64,000 bases of DNA from an uncultured Acidobacteriota bacterium (GCA_963796275.1 CAWCKY010000006.1:1184001-1248000), one strand, 5' to 3'; shown: positions 1 through 14,188, counted from the stretch's first letter. The notes: generated from the sequence alone by a model not told the origin. A program made the numbers and translations.

Positions 1-508
1 TCTGAATGAAACTCGTATAGAAGCCGCGCCTGTGGTCAGGGACGTGCTCTGCGACATAGACGGCCGCACCGCCGTACTCTCCGCCGAGAGCCAGTCCCTG
101 CAGCACGCGAAGCAGGATCAGCATTACGGGTGCGGCATAACCGATAGTCTGAAAGGTTGGTAGGAAACCGACAGCTGCCGTCGCGACGCCCATCAGTACG
201 AGCGTTACGAGAAAGGCGTATTTCCGTCCTACCAGATCGCCGATTCGCCCGAAGAAGAGCGCGCCGAAAGGTCGCACCACGAAGCCGACCGCGAAGGTGG
301 CAAGGTATGCGATTAACGCCATCGTATCGTTGCCCGGCGGATAGAAGAGCGGCGATATTGTGACAGCCAGCGAACCGAAGATATAGAAGTCATACCACTC
401 GATCACCGTACCGACCGATGAGGCCGTGATGACCTTCCAGATGCTGTATTCCTTCGCCGCGCTCTGGAAAGCGCGTGACTCACCAACCGTTATGGAGGAC
501 TCTGCCAT
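1..508 (-). CDS. MFS transporter, metabolite:H+ symporter (MHS) family, 3' part outside window
   Basis: Manual translation from ATG at 508: MAESSITVGESRAFQSAAKEYSIWKVITASSVGTVIEWYDFYIFGSLA; the 'ASSVGTVIEWYDF' motif is typical of MHS transporters; AAGGA RBS upstream. Confidence 0.9.
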   Translation of the reverse strand, partial: MAESSITVGESRAFQSAAKEYSIWKVITASSVGTVIEWYDFYIFGSLAVTISPLFYPPGNDTMALIAYLATFAVGFVVRPFGALFFGRIGDLVGRKYAFLVTLVLMGVATAAVGFLPTFQTIGYAAPVMLILLRVLQGLALGGEYGGAAVYVAEHVPDHRRGFYTSFIQ

Positions 509-545
509 CGTGAATTGTTCCTTTCTCGTATCTTGCGTCGCTCAA

Positions 546-2465
546 CTAGAACGAGAAGATAGTTGCGAATTCCGATCGGATATTGTGTGTCGACCGGCTG
601 GGGATGCCACGAAATAGCGGCAACCCGCCGAAGGCCGCCGATGTGCTGTTCGCCGCGCGCGTGCGGTAATAAGATTGCTCGTAACCGAACGTCAGCCAGT
701 TGTTGAACTTGTAGTAGATGGTCCCCGCCAGCATGTCGCCTTTGGCTCGATTGCCAAATCTGCGAACGTCACGTGCGAATGCCTGGTCTATACCATAATG
801 CAGATAGAAGGTCCACCCTGCATTTCGCCCTTCGGGGTTGGCGTTGAAGATGCGCGAGAGCGGGATCCCGAGATTGACGAATCCCCCCTGTCCCCGCACC
901 GGTAGTTGCGGGGCGATCGTCGGCACCCCGTCGAGCAGGCCGAACGCCATCATTGACGAGCCGTCAATCGATGGTCCCATTGCCACGCTCTCCAACCCAA
1001 AAGTATCGGTGAAATTCGAGAAGAACTGATTGGCGAAGTAAAAACGCAAGTCGGCGCCCCGATAATATTTCAATAGCAATGTCATGGCGCGCGTCGGCAG
1101 TTGCGCCTCGAGCGAATAACCCCAGCGATCGCTCTCCTGCGTCGCACCGTGAGGGAAATCCGCCAGATAGGCCGCAGGCACATTTGCCCTGGGGATAATC
1201 AGCTTACGTTTGGACCAGACCCAGCTCGCGATAATTTGCGCGGGCACAACACCTCTGGCTTTGTCGAGCTGCCACTGCGTCACGAAGCGTCCCTGCATTT
1301 CCGGTCTGCCGGAATCTGCCCCCTGGCGCTCGCCAAACCCTTCCTGGTCGCCCACATCCCGGGGCAAGTTGCCGAAGGCCGGCATCACAAGGGCAAACTC
1401 GGGCTGGAAGCTCAATCCACTCTGGTTGCCGGGCACCCTGTAGTTGACTCCGAATCGCGCCTGCGGCGCACGTTCATAGAGGGTGCCATAGCCCAGGCCA
1501 AGCCCTGTGATCTCTAAAATATTGGGCAGCGTCGAGGAACCGAACGGCGTCCAGTCCTGTCCGAAGAGCGCGAAGGCGCTTGTGCTCTCTGATAACAAGC
1601 GATCTATCCGGCCATATGCCAGGCGGATAGAAGGCTGACTTGAACGAATGGTCGCAATATTACGGTTGTTCGAGCGCGGGAAGCTCCCTTCAAAGTCGAA
1701 CTCGACCCTGCCGGTGAGCGCCATCCTGGGCGATAAGTCCGGCCACTCGAAATTTGCCCCCAACCGCAATGCGCGCGCCTTTATATGAAACTCAGGCGAT
1801 GCATCGGGCCCGGTATCGCCCAGAAACCCTGGCAGCGGAAAATCGTTCCCCATCGGTGATGACGTGTTATGCATTATGCTCGCTCTGATGAAGCCATAGA
1901 GTTTCAGCTTTCCACCGGAGCCGAGCTTGAGATCGGGTATCAGGCCATCACGCTTGATCGGGTCGCTCTGCAATACACGAATGGGCGCAGCCACTGCGAT
2001 CACGGGCGCCTGCGTAGCGGCCGGCGCGGGCGTAGCAGGGGCAGAGACCGTGGTAGGCGCTGGCGCAGGCGCTGATGGATTGAGCGCCGTTCCGGGCGTT
2101 TGCGGGGCCTGCACAATAACCGGCGCCTCCGGCCTCAGAGCTTCAAACTCACCGCGTGTGATGACCCCCTTGTTGAGTAATAATTCCGCGAGCCTCTCAC
2201 GCCGTTCGATGGGCGTGCCGCTGCCGCCTAAGGATATTGCCTCAGCGTTGTTCAATATCCCCTTGCTCACCAGCACGCGAACCAATGGATCAACGATCGC
2301 CGCATCCGGAGTGGCCTCAGGCCCGTCCGCCGCCTTGGTCGGAACGTTGTTGCCTCCCGGCTTTTCCTTCCGTTCATTTTCACTGTATTGACCTGAAGCA
2401 AAGGTTGCGAGAAAACTTGACAGCACAAGCGCAATAAGCAGTGAAAGAGGTTTCACAGGTTGCAT
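546..2465 (-). CDS. Outer-membrane beta-barrel porin, DcaP-like
   Basis: Signal peptide, Pro/Ala linker, 'KLYGFIR', 'GRVEFDFEG', 'IRLAYG', 'GQDWTPF' motifs, C-terminal Phe; start placed at MQPVK (AGGAGG upstream); ORF track start 2510. Confidence 0.7.
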   Translation of the reverse strand: MQPVKPLSLLIALVLSSFLATFASGQYSENERKEKPGGNNVPTKAADGPEATPDAAIVDPLVRVLVSKGILNNAEAISLGGSGTPIERRERLAELLLNKGVITRGEFEALRPEAPVIVQAPQTPGTALNPSAPAPAPTTVSAPATPAPAATQAPVIAVAAPIRVLQSDPIKRDGLIPDLKLGSGGKLKLYGFIRASIMHNTSSPMGNDFPLPGFLGDTGPDASPEFHIKARALRLGANFEWPDLSPRMALTGRVEFDFEGSFPRSNNRNIATIRSSQPSIRLAYGRIDRLLSESTSAFALFGQDWTPFGSSTLPNILEITGLGLGYGTLYERAPQARFGVNYRVPGNQSGLSFQPEFALVMPAFGNLPRDVGDQEGFGERQGADSGRPEMQGRFVTQWQLDKARGVVPAQIIASWVWSKRKLIIPRANVPAAYLADFPHGATQESDRWGYSLEAQLPTRAMTLLLKYYRGADLRFYFANQFFSNFTDTFGLESVAMGPSIDGSSMMAFGLLDGVPTIAPQLPVRGQGGFVNLGIPLSRIFNANPEGRNAGWTFYLHYGIDQAFARDVRRFGNRAKGDMLAGTIYYKFNNWLTFGYEQSYYRTRAANSTSAAFGGLPLFRGIPSRSTHNIRSEFATIFSF

Positions 2466-2843
2466 AGAGGTGCAATTCCTCCTTCCATGGTCGATGTAGG
2501 GGCGATTCATCGATTAGTTGTAGGTAACAAAATTTTGATGGTACTTCGTGCTGACGTTTATCCTGACAATCCCTGTGCCTCACTCAATCTACGGGTTGTG
2601 AAGCTTGTCACCTTACTGAAAGCAGAAGCTTTATGCATATGAGCGCATTAACCGAGATGTCGTGAGAGTCTCAATCGAAGGACAGGTGAGATGATTTTGC
2701 ATTGCTGAATTGGGAAGAAATTTCTCGCTCTGATATGTCAGAGTTTTCAGTGCCGTAGTTTAGATGACGGAATTCGAGACAACGAGAAATAAAGATAGTA
2801 GAGACAGGATATAGAAATAGGCCAGCTCGGAACAACGATTACG

Positions 2844-3233
2844 TCAGTCATCTCCGAGCAATTGCCGGACGTGAGCGACGAGCTCTTTAGGCGAGAAAGG
2901 TTTGGTAATGTAAGCGTCCGCACCGAGGGATAGCCCCTTCTGAATCTCCGAATCACGGCCTCTGGCGGTGACCATGATGATTCTGATCCCTTTCCATAGC
3001 GGGTTTGCGCGAATCTCACGACAAGCCTCGAAGCCGTCTTTGAGTGGCAACATGATATCGAGCAGGATGAGGTCCGGGTGTCCGGCGATCACCTGTGTCA
3101 GGACTTCCTCGCCATTGCGGGCGATCAGCGTCTGATACCCGTTACTCTCCATGAGGAACTCGAGTGAGGTGACAATATTCGGCTCATCATCGGCGATCAG
3201 AACTTTTCTAGTCATAAGCTCAACACTGCTCAT
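2844..3233 (-). CDS. Single-domain response regulator (receiver only)
   Basis: KVLIADDE...DLILLDIMLP...VTA...YITKPF; start at 3233 or 3215 (ORF-track extension overlaps the kinase). Confidence 0.92.
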   Translation of the reverse strand: MSSVELMTRKVLIADDEPNIVTSLEFLMESNGYQTLIARNGEEVLTQVIAGHPDLILLDIMLPLKDGFEACREIRANPLWKGIRIIMVTARGRDSEIQKGLSLGADAYITKPFSPKELVAHVRQLLGDD

Positions 3234-3240
3234 ATCGACA

Positions 3241-6018
3241 TTATAGAATTCCGTCAGTATTTTCAATCGAGGGATGGCGCGTGTTTGTGACCGGCAGCGT
3301 AAATGAAAAGGTTGCGCCGGCCCCCGGTCTGCTCTCAACCCACAATCGGCCACCAAAGTGGGAGATGATCTGACGGCTGATCGGGAGGCCCAGCCCCGTC
3401 CCCTGCGGCTTACCATTGTGGTGATCACGCACCTGCCGAAATTTATCGAAAATGCTCTGCTGGGCATCCTGGTCGATCCCGGGACCGTTGTCTCGTACAT
3501 CCACGCGGATGTGCCGATTGACCTGATACACGCTTATGCTTACCTGTCCCGAGATCGGGTCACAAAATTTGACGGCATTTGAGAGCAAATTGAGCATTAC
3601 CTGCATGAGCCGGTCACGGTCAACGGTAATGGCCGGGGCGGTCTCCGGAATATTGACATCTAGACTGATGTTCCTCTCGTTGAACAATTGACTGGTGGTA
3701 GCGACCGATTCGCCGATCACCTCTTTCAGATCGAGCTCGATGGGGTGCCATTCAGCGTTCCCCGATTCGATCTTCGCCATATCCAGCACCTGATTGATGA
3801 GGCGCGATAAGCGCTCGCTCTCCTTGGTGATAATAGACAGAAACTTCAACCGCTTTTCTCGATCGATGTCGGGGTTATCGTGGAGGATTTCGGCGAAGGA
3901 GCGAATGGATGTCAGTGGAGTCCGCAGCTCGTGGGTGACGGTGAAGATGAAGTCATCTTTGAGGTGATCCAGCTCCTTGAGCCGCTCATTGGCAGCTTTC
4001 AGTTCCGCCGAGGCTACCTCCAGTTCATAAGATTTCTTCTCCAGTTCGCGACTGTAAGCGATAAACTGTGAGGCCTCGTCCAGGATATCCATGACTTCGC
4101 TGATACTGAGCGGTTCTTCAGCGGAGACGTTGGAGACGACGATACGAGCCGAGGAAGCGCCGATAACGCCCGCCAGCAGCATCTCCATCTCGTATACGAG
4201 CTTCGCATCGGCCTTCAGGCTCTGCCAGCTCTCGGCTCCGTGTTCCCTGGCGTAAGCCTCAAACACCTCATTGGCGCGGCCTGCCCCCAGGAACCGGCCG
4301 ACCAGCGAATGCAGGGCAGTGACGGAAGCCGTCCCACGCCAGAACCGCAAACCCGCGGGAACACAGGGATCGATCCGATAGACGTCCACGAACAACGAGG
4401 CCTGTGTGTGTTCCGTGGCAGTCTGTCTGGTGACCAGCGAGACTCCGATGTAAAAGCCGGCGTTTGCCAGCAGGCTCCAGAAGAGAGCGTGTGAGTGCGT
4501 ATCCCACCCGGTGAGGCCGAACAATTCGCCGGGCTTGAGCAGCGTCAAACCGAAGGGTCCGTGATCGAGGATGCTACGCGGCAACACGCCGGATTGCGCG
4601 AGCGGCGGCAGCATAAGCGTATAAAACCAGATGGCGAAGCCCGCGCCCAGCCCGATCCGCGCTCCTACCCGGGTGCCTGCTTTCCAGTAAATTCCCCCCA
4701 ACAGTGCGGGGCCGAACTGCGCCACGGCCGCAAACGAAACCAACCCGATCGATACCAGCGCATAAGCTGCTCCGGCCCATCTGAAATAGACGAAGCCCAG
4801 AAGCAGCAGCATGACGATCGTCACCCGTCGGATCGTGATCAATAACCGGCTCAGATTATGCTGCTCCGCCAGGCGCAGCTTCGACAAGCGCAAGAGCAGG
4901 GGTACCACCAGGTCGTTGCAGACCATAGTACTGAGGGCTATGGTTTCGACTATTACCATTCCGGTCGAGGCCGACATCCCTCCGATGAAGACCAGCATCG
5001 CTAACATCCCCTGATTTTCCGCCATCGGCAACGCCAGAACATAATAGTCGGGATCGATCCCTCCCTCGGGAAAACGCAGGAGCCCGGCAATTGCGATCGG
5101 CAGAACGAAGATATTGATGACAAGCAGATATAGAGGAAAGAGCCAGACCGCCCGCTTGAGGTGTGCCTCGTCCACATTTTCGACCACCGCCACCTGAAAC
5201 TGGCGCGGCAGAAACATGATCGCCATCATCGAAAGGAAGAGAAGCCACGCCCAGCTGCCGTAAGAGTTGCCAGCGCTCCCGAACGGCACGAACAGCTCTG
5301 TCAATCTGGGGTTCGCCTCAGCTTGCCTGAAGATGTCGCCGGCGCCATTGAACATTTGGAAGGTCACGAAAAGGCCGACGCCAAGAAATGCCAGCAGCTT
5401 GACCAACGATTCAAAAGCAATCGCCGCCACCATCCCCTCGTGCCGTTCCGTCGCATCCAGGTGACGCGTGCCGAAGAGGATCGCGAACGCGGCCATCAGC
5501 AATGCGACGTATAAAGCCTTGTCGCTGATCATTGGGGACTCAGCGATCTCAGCCGGGAGCGCAATGTTCGGGTGCTGCAGAAGCAAATTGAAGCTCGTCG
5601 AGACGGCCTTCAACTGGAGGGCGATGTAGGGGATCAAACCGATGACCGCAATGACGGTCACCAGCCCTCCCAGCAGTGCATCTTTTCCGTACCGGGAAGC
5701 GATGAAGTCCGCGATTGTGGTAATGCGATTGAGTTTGCTTATGCGGAGGATCTTGTGCAGAACCAGATACCAGAGCGCCGCCATGAGCGTCGGTCCGATG
5801 TAGATGGTCAGGTAGCTGACGCCGCTGTTGACGAGTCTCCCGACGCTGCCGTAGAACGTCCACGAGGTGCAATAGACTGCCAGCGAGAGGGCATAAACCC
5901 AGGGGTTGCCGATGATGCTTCGCCCTCTGTCGGCCCGTTTATCTCCGTACCAGGCGATGGCGAAGAGGACGCCCAGGTACGCGAAGGAGATGCCGGCGAT
6001 GACCCATCCCTGAAGCAT
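3241..6018 (-). CDS. Sodium:solute symporter (SLC5) domain-histidine kinase fusion, CrbS/CbrA/PrlS-like
   Basis: About 13 TM segments with 'LSLAVYCTSWTFYGSVG' and 'FLPRQFQVAVVEN'; STAC-like linker; HisKA 'THELRTPLTSIR'; HATPase N/G1/G2 boxes. Confidence 0.9.
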   Translation of the reverse strand: MLQGWVIAGISFAYLGVLFAIAWYGDKRADRGRSIIGNPWVYALSLAVYCTSWTFYGSVGRLVNSGVSYLTIYIGPTLMAALWYLVLHKILRISKLNRITTIADFIASRYGKDALLGGLVTVIAVIGLIPYIALQLKAVSTSFNLLLQHPNIALPAEIAESPMISDKALYVALLMAAFAILFGTRHLDATERHEGMVAAIAFESLVKLLAFLGVGLFVTFQMFNGAGDIFRQAEANPRLTELFVPFGSAGNSYGSWAWLLFLSMMAIMFLPRQFQVAVVENVDEAHLKRAVWLFPLYLLVINIFVLPIAIAGLLRFPEGGIDPDYYVLALPMAENQGMLAMLVFIGGMSASTGMVIVETIALSTMVCNDLVVPLLLRLSKLRLAEQHNLSRLLITIRRVTIVMLLLLGFVYFRWAGAAYALVSIGLVSFAAVAQFGPALLGGIYWKAGTRVGARIGLGAGFAIWFYTLMLPPLAQSGVLPRSILDHGPFGLTLLKPGELFGLTGWDTHSHALFWSLLANAGFYIGVSLVTRQTATEHTQASLFVDVYRIDPCVPAGLRFWRGTASVTALHSLVGRFLGAGRANEVFEAYAREHGAESWQSLKADAKLVYEMEMLLAGVIGASSARIVVSNVSAEEPLSISEVMDILDEASQFIAYSRELEKKSYELEVASAELKAANERLKELDHLKDDFIFTVTHELRTPLTSIRSFAEILHDNPDIDREKRLKFLSIITKESERLSRLINQVLDMAKIESGNAEWHPIELDLKEVIGESVATTSQLFNERNISLDVNIPETAPAITVDRDRLMQVMLNLLSNAVKFCDPISGQVSISVYQVNRHIRVDVRDNGPGIDQDAQQSIFDKFRQVRDHHNGKPQGTGLGLPISRQIISHFGGRLWVESRPGAGATFSFTLPVTNTRHPSIENTDGIL

Positions 6019-6200
6019 TAGCCTTTCCTCTCAACAACCAGCGCCAAAAGGGCGATTACGAGCGCCCAGACTGCAAAGAGCCAGAAGTACATGGTCGGGA
6101 TCCCGATCACGGTGCCGGCTCGATTGAATAGAGACAGGATCGGATAGTTAAGCAGAAGGCATCCGAATAGAAACAGCGCGACCAATCGCTGGCTTATCAT
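6018..6200 (-). CDS. Small 2-TM membrane protein, accessory to the SLC5-kinase
   Basis: 60 aa MISQRLVALFLFG...; AAGGAGG RBS; TAATG stop/start overlap with the kinase. Confidence 0.8.
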   Translation of the reverse strand: MISQRLVALFLFGCLLLNYPILSLFNRAGTVIGIPTMYFWLFAVWALVIALLALVVERKG

Positions 6201-6309
6201 AGACCTCCTTCGCTGACCGAACTGAAACGCGCGCGTTGGAACAGTGAAATTCACAGCGGATCGCCATAGATTGCGGCTGATCGGCAGGGATCATATCTAC
6301 AAATATGCA

Positions 6310-7743
6310 TTAATCCGTCGCATCCGCGCTGATCTGCGGTGAATTAACATTCTCAGGTTCTTTCGCTATCTGCGCGCCCCACTGTCTGAGCTTGCTGTAG
6401 AGTGTGCGGCGGTCTATACCGAGAATCTTGGCAGCCTTGACCTGATTGCCGCCAACCGATTCCAGGGTCCGCAAGACGTGGCGGCGGACGACCTCTTCGA
6501 TGCTGGCAGGCGTGAAGTCATCGGCGGCGACGCGCTCAAATGATTCCCCGCTGATGGTAGGCGGCAGATCTTCGACTCCGATCACCAGGTTGCCGAGCGC
6601 CGTAGCGAATGAGATAGCATTCTCCAACTCGCGGACATTGCCCGGCCAGTCGTGGGAGATCAGCAATTGCATCGCCTCCGGAGTCACACGCGGCGGCTCG
6701 CCACCACGTTCGCGCGTGCGCCGTTCGAGCATCTGCAGGATGAGTTCGGGGATATCATCGCGGTGCTCTCGCAAAGGCGGCACCATCAATGGAATGACGG
6801 CCAGGCGATAGTAGAGATCGCGCCGGAAACGGCCTTCTTTAACCGCGGTCGCCAGGTCGTGATTGGTGGCGGCCACGATGCGAGCCTGCACCGGAATGTC
6901 TTCCCGACCGCCGACGCGGCGGATGACCCGTTCCTGCAGGACGCGCAGCAATTTTGACTGGACGACGGGCGACAGCGAGTTGACTTCATCGAGGAAAAAA
7001 GTCCCCCTGGCGGCCGACTCGAAGAGACCCGAGCGAGTCTCGGTAGCTCCGGTAAATGCCCCCTTCTCGTGTCCGAAAAGTTCGCTCTCGATTAGCGATT
7101 CGGGAATCGCTGAGCAATCGAGCGCGACGAAGGGCGAGCTGTTGCGCAGGCTATGCTGATGAATGGCCCGCGCGGCTAACTCTTTCCCCGTGCCGGTTTC
7201 GCCGCTGATCAGGACCGTGTCTTCTGATGGCCCGATGCGTTCGATCAACTGGCGCAGCCGTTTGATGACCGTGCTCTTCCCCGCGATGTTGCGGTGGGCC
7301 CGGTGTGCGGCAACCTGTTTTTCCAGGTCGGCAACGCGCTGTTGTAAATTGCGATTGCCCAGCGCACGCTGTATGCGCAGCACGATCTCACTCATCTCGA
7401 ACGGCTTACTTATGTAATCATATGCGCCGCGCCGGATGGCGCTGACTGCAGCTTCGATCGAGCCGAAAGCCGTCATCATAATGACGATCGTCCGCGTGTC
7501 ACGTGCCCTCACACGATCGAGCAGCTCATTGCCGTCCATACCCGGCATCTTGATATCTGACAGAACCAGATCGTAGTTCTTCGCCTCGAGACGGCCGAGA
7601 GCTTCGGCGGCAGTCGCTGCAGTCCCCACTCTGTAACCTTCGGCAGTGAGAAATTTTTGCAGCACCTCCCGCATCTGGTCTTTGTCGTCTACAACCAGAA
7701 TGGAAGCCGGGCACGGGCGATGACCATCGAGCGATGACATCAA
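6310..7743 (-). CDS. Sigma-54-dependent response regulator (NtrC/AtoC/ZraR family)
   Basis: REC domain, Walker A GETGTGKE, GAFTGA, 'WPGNVRELEN', Fis-type HTH. Confidence 0.95.
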   Translation of the reverse strand: MMSSLDGHRPCPASILVVDDKDQMREVLQKFLTAEGYRVGTAATAAEALGRLEAKNYDLVLSDIKMPGMDGNELLDRVRARDTRTIVIMMTAFGSIEAAVSAIRRGAYDYISKPFEMSEIVLRIQRALGNRNLQQRVADLEKQVAAHRAHRNIAGKSTVIKRLRQLIERIGPSEDTVLISGETGTGKELAARAIHQHSLRNSSPFVALDCSAIPESLIESELFGHEKGAFTGATETRSGLFESAARGTFFLDEVNSLSPVVQSKLLRVLQERVIRRVGGREDIPVQARIVAATNHDLATAVKEGRFRRDLYYRLAVIPLMVPPLREHRDDIPELILQMLERRTRERGGEPPRVTPEAMQLLISHDWPGNVRELENAISFATALGNLVIGVEDLPPTISGESFERVAADDFTPASIEEVVRRHVLRTLESVGGNQVKAAKILGIDRRTLYSKLRQWGAQIAKEPENVNSPQISADATD

Positions 7744-7880
7744 ATCTCCGCTGTTATTTATACTACTTCAGGTACTTATCTAGAATGTGAAGGCTGCTAC
7801 GACGCTCTCAATAGCCGCCCCGCGTCCGCCAAATCCGGATTCGCCGATCGGGTTAACAATGCCCGCTTTTCTACGGTAGG

Positions 7881-7895
7881 GCACATGGCGTGCCA
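7881..7895 (-). promoter_or_regulatory. Candidate sigma-54 promoter (-24/-12)
   Basis: Minus strand TGGCACGCCATGTGC matches TGGCACG-N4-TTGC with one mismatch, upstream of the NtrC-family gene. Confidence 0.5.
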
Positions 7896-8073
7896 TGACC
7901 ATTAATTCCTGCATCGGTTGCTGCGGTCTGGAGCCGGACGAAGATCGAAGTTATTATGGAGCTATTAGTTAACAGGGGGATTTCATTAAGCAGGGAACTA
8001 ACCGGACATCAGATTGTAGCTGTCTCATCTGATATTCCAGATTTCGGCAGGTATAATAACATCGTCCGCATGG

Positions 8074-9777
8074 TTGTCAAAAGTACGGAAAAACATTAAC
8101 AAACCCATCAATATGAACGAGCGAAGTCCACGATCAACGCCCCGATCTCGGCCGGCATCGGTCATCGGCAAAGGTAAGAGCCTCATCGCTCGGCGCAACG
8201 CCCAGTTCCAGGCGATCAACGCTGTCGCCGCGGCGATCAACGAACAACCCGGCCTCGTTCCACTTTTGGATCGGGCACTCGACGCGGTACTGGAGGCGAC
8301 CGAACTTAGCGGCGGGTTTGCGCATTTGCTTGACGATGAAGAAGAGAGACTCTTGCTCGTCACGCACCGCGGACTCGAACCGGTTGAAGGCGACCGGCAT
8401 TTCGCCCCGGGGGAAGGTATGATCGGGCGGGCGGCTGTGGCCGGCGAACTGCTGATCACGACGAATGAACCCGATGACGGGCGAAACTCGGCGCATACGG
8501 AACGACGTATCGGCGCGATGGCTGCCGTACCGCTGATCGCGCGGGGACGCGTGCGCGGAGTTATCTCCTTCTACCAGACAGATCCGCGACAGTTCACCGG
8601 TCACGAAAAAGAGATGTTGAGCGTCATTGGCCGGCAACTCGGCGTCGCCCTGGAACAATCCCGTTTGCTCGAAGAGGTCGACAAGTCACACAGAGAGTGG
8701 GAGCAGACCTTCGACGCCCTGGCTGACGGGCTGGCCATTCATTCACCTTCAGGCCGCATCCGTCTGGCCAATCGTTCCCTGGGCGGTCTCTTCGGCTTTG
8801 CCCCCGCAGCACTGGTCGGAATGCGTTGTTGCGAACTGTACCGCGAAGCGTCGAAGCCGCTGCCCAATTGCACGATTATGAAGACCGTGGCCGAACGCCG
8901 CGGACAGCGGGTCGAAATTCAGGAGACCGGACGCGTGCTGCGATTGACGACCGATCCGATCATCACGACTGATGGCAAGGTCAAGGGCGTCGTCTGCCTG
9001 ACGCGGGATGTGACTGAAGAGAAACTGATCGAGCGACGTCTTATTCATCAAGAGAGAATATCGGCGATCGGTGAATTGGCCGCCGGCATCGCACACGAAA
9101 TCGGCACTCCGCTCAATATAATCTCCGCCAATGTCGAATACCTCATCAGACATCAGAGCCGGCTGAATGAAGAGTCCTCGGGAATAGACGGGGAACTGAT
9201 AGCGATCCGCGACCAGGTGCACAATATCACCCGGCTCATCAGGCAGTTACTCAACTTCGCCCGCGATCAGTCGCCCGCTTTCGTGCCGCTCGACATCAAT
9301 GATCTGATCGAACGGACTCTGGAATTGCTCGCGCACCGACTCAACCAGGCGCATATCCACTGTCAAACAAGCCTCGATGTGAACGCTCCCAGCTTCAATG
9401 GAGACGCGGTACAGTTGCAGCAGGTCCTCTTCAACCTGATTGCCAATGCGCGTCAGGCGATTGAAGCGAGCGAACAAGATAGCGGCCTGCTCAGAATATC
9501 GACCGCCATTTCATCGACTCAGACAGATGAGCGTTCCCGCCCGCATATCCTTATTACGATAACCGACGATGGCCCGGGAATCCCGGAAGATATCTTGCCC
9601 CACGTCTTCAACCCTTTCTTCACCGCCAACAAGGAGGGCGGCACTGGACTCGGGCTGGCGATCTGCCAGCAGATCGTTCAGCGGCATTACGGGTCTATGA
9701 CCATCGAGAACGCCACCCCCCACGGTGCGATCGTCAAAATCTATCTGCCATTGCTTATAGAACGATCGAACATATGA
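8074..9777 (+). CDS. GAF-PAS sensor histidine kinase (NtrB-like)
   Basis: GAF, PAS ('EWEQTFDAL'), 'GELAAGIAHEIGTPL' H-box, 'GTGLGL' G2 box; start may be ATG 8113. Confidence 0.92.
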   Translation: MSKVRKNINKPINMNERSPRSTPRSRPASVIGKGKSLIARRNAQFQAINAVAAAINEQPGLVPLLDRALDAVLEATELSGGFAHLLDDEEERLLLVTHRGLEPVEGDRHFAPGEGMIGRAAVAGELLITTNEPDDGRNSAHTERRIGAMAAVPLIARGRVRGVISFYQTDPRQFTGHEKEMLSVIGRQLGVALEQSRLLEEVDKSHREWEQTFDALADGLAIHSPSGRIRLANRSLGGLFGFAPAALVGMRCCELYREASKPLPNCTIMKTVAERRGQRVEIQETGRVLRLTTDPIITTDGKVKGVVCLTRDVTEEKLIERRLIHQERISAIGELAAGIAHEIGTPLNIISANVEYLIRHQSRLNEESSGIDGELIAIRDQVHNITRLIRQLLNFARDQSPAFVPLDINDLIERTLELLAHRLNQAHIHCQTSLDVNAPSFNGDAVQLQQVLFNLIANARQAIEASEQDSGLLRISTAISSTQTDERSRPHILITITDDGPGIPEDILPHVFNPFFTANKEGGTGLGLAICQQIVQRHYGSMTIENATPHGAIVKIYLPLLIERSNI

Positions 9778-10093
9778 CTCCGGACGGTCTAATCGCCTCA
9801 GACCGACAGCAGGAAAAAGAGATCGCGCGTGATGTCCTGGAGCAATTGCATAAGGAAAGGGGTAGGGAAGAGAGGAGGACATTCCAAGGTATATAGTATT
9901 TAGAAGGTAATGAGATGAAAGGAAAAGCTGCGGAGTGCCCTAAACATGCGATCTCCGCAGCCTAGAAGTGGTAATCAATCGATCGATATACAATTTAACC
10001 AGATAGGCGAACTTGTTAGAAAGAACATTTGGAATCAACCATGGCTACGAAGTGGCCGTGTAAGCAGATTGCTGCAATCGCACGTTTTAATGC

Positions 10094-13203
<3,110 letters not shown>

Positions 13204-13774
13204 GACAATGCCCCCAATAAGCGATGGAGATGAGAGTGAGCGGCACTCAGAATACGAGCTATATCATAACCTGAGTTGAAGGGATGCGCAAAACTGACAT
13301 CAGATTCCTTGCAAGGTCCTTCTACTTAGCTGAAATCCGGGGTTGACAAAACTTTGTTCGCACACTAGAAGTCATGCGGGTAGCGCGGAAATATGTAACA
13401 CCCAGACAACCTTGTGCAGTCGCTCTCTCTTGCGATGGAAGAATTAGGTTATGTCAGAAATCCAACCCATAGCGCACAGTCCGAAAAAGTAGACAGTTAC
13501 GAGGAATGTGAGAGCAATGACCCCCAAAGCAGAAGTTACATTGTCGAGCGAGATTTTTCCGGTAGCAAATCGGAATCGGACCTTTTGCCCCGCCAACCTT
13601 TGAGCGACCAGAGGGTCGCAATCCCAAACCAGATTGATTTGTAAAACGGACTGACTTAAAGATGGTAGGGCAAGGTATGTCTACTCCCTAATTTAAGATC
13701 ATAAGCCAGACGTGTGTCTAACTCCACTACGTTGAGATCGGCAAAAATCAAAACACTATAATAAGGAGTAGAAC

Positions 13775-14188
13775 ATGTACGAATGTGCCCCTTGGGCGGA
13801 AGTCTATCTATACGAATGGCTTATCACAGGGGCTTTTGCGGTGGTGCCGTCGACTTTATGTCTGATCAGTGACCGGAGCAGCTCAAACTCAGACCAAAAG
13901 ATACCAATGCCATGCCTCAGTCAACCAACTATCTCTGAATCGAATGAAGTTGCAGAGTTGCCATCTGGCCCTTCAACGATGGGGTTATTGGGTAGGTGGC
14001 AATATTTCGCTTACATCGATGGTTTTGCCAATTTGAGCGGAGTCTCTTCGTATACAATCGTAAGAAAAGCATACGACTCCCTAATGACACAGATCGTCGG
14101 CAAAAGCGCGCCTACTACCGTTGCAGTGAATGACTTGGATCAGACTCAAGCCAATGTCGGAGATCCATGCATTGCACCGAGGAAATAA
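13775..14188 (+). CDS. Hypothetical protein
   Basis: 137-aa ORF with AAGGAG RBS; no recognised motif. Confidence 0.35.
   Translation: MYECAPWAEVYLYEWLITGAFAVVPSTLCLISDRSSSNSDQKIPMPCLSQPTISESNEVAELPSGPSTMGLLGRWQYFAYIDGFANLSGVSSYTIVRKAYDSLMTQIVGKSAPTTVAVNDLDQTQANVGDPCIAPRK

Noticed and set aside
546-556. TAGAACGAG match to the omegaRNA guide 3' end
   Set aside because: Only 9 nt, expected by chance in 64 kb
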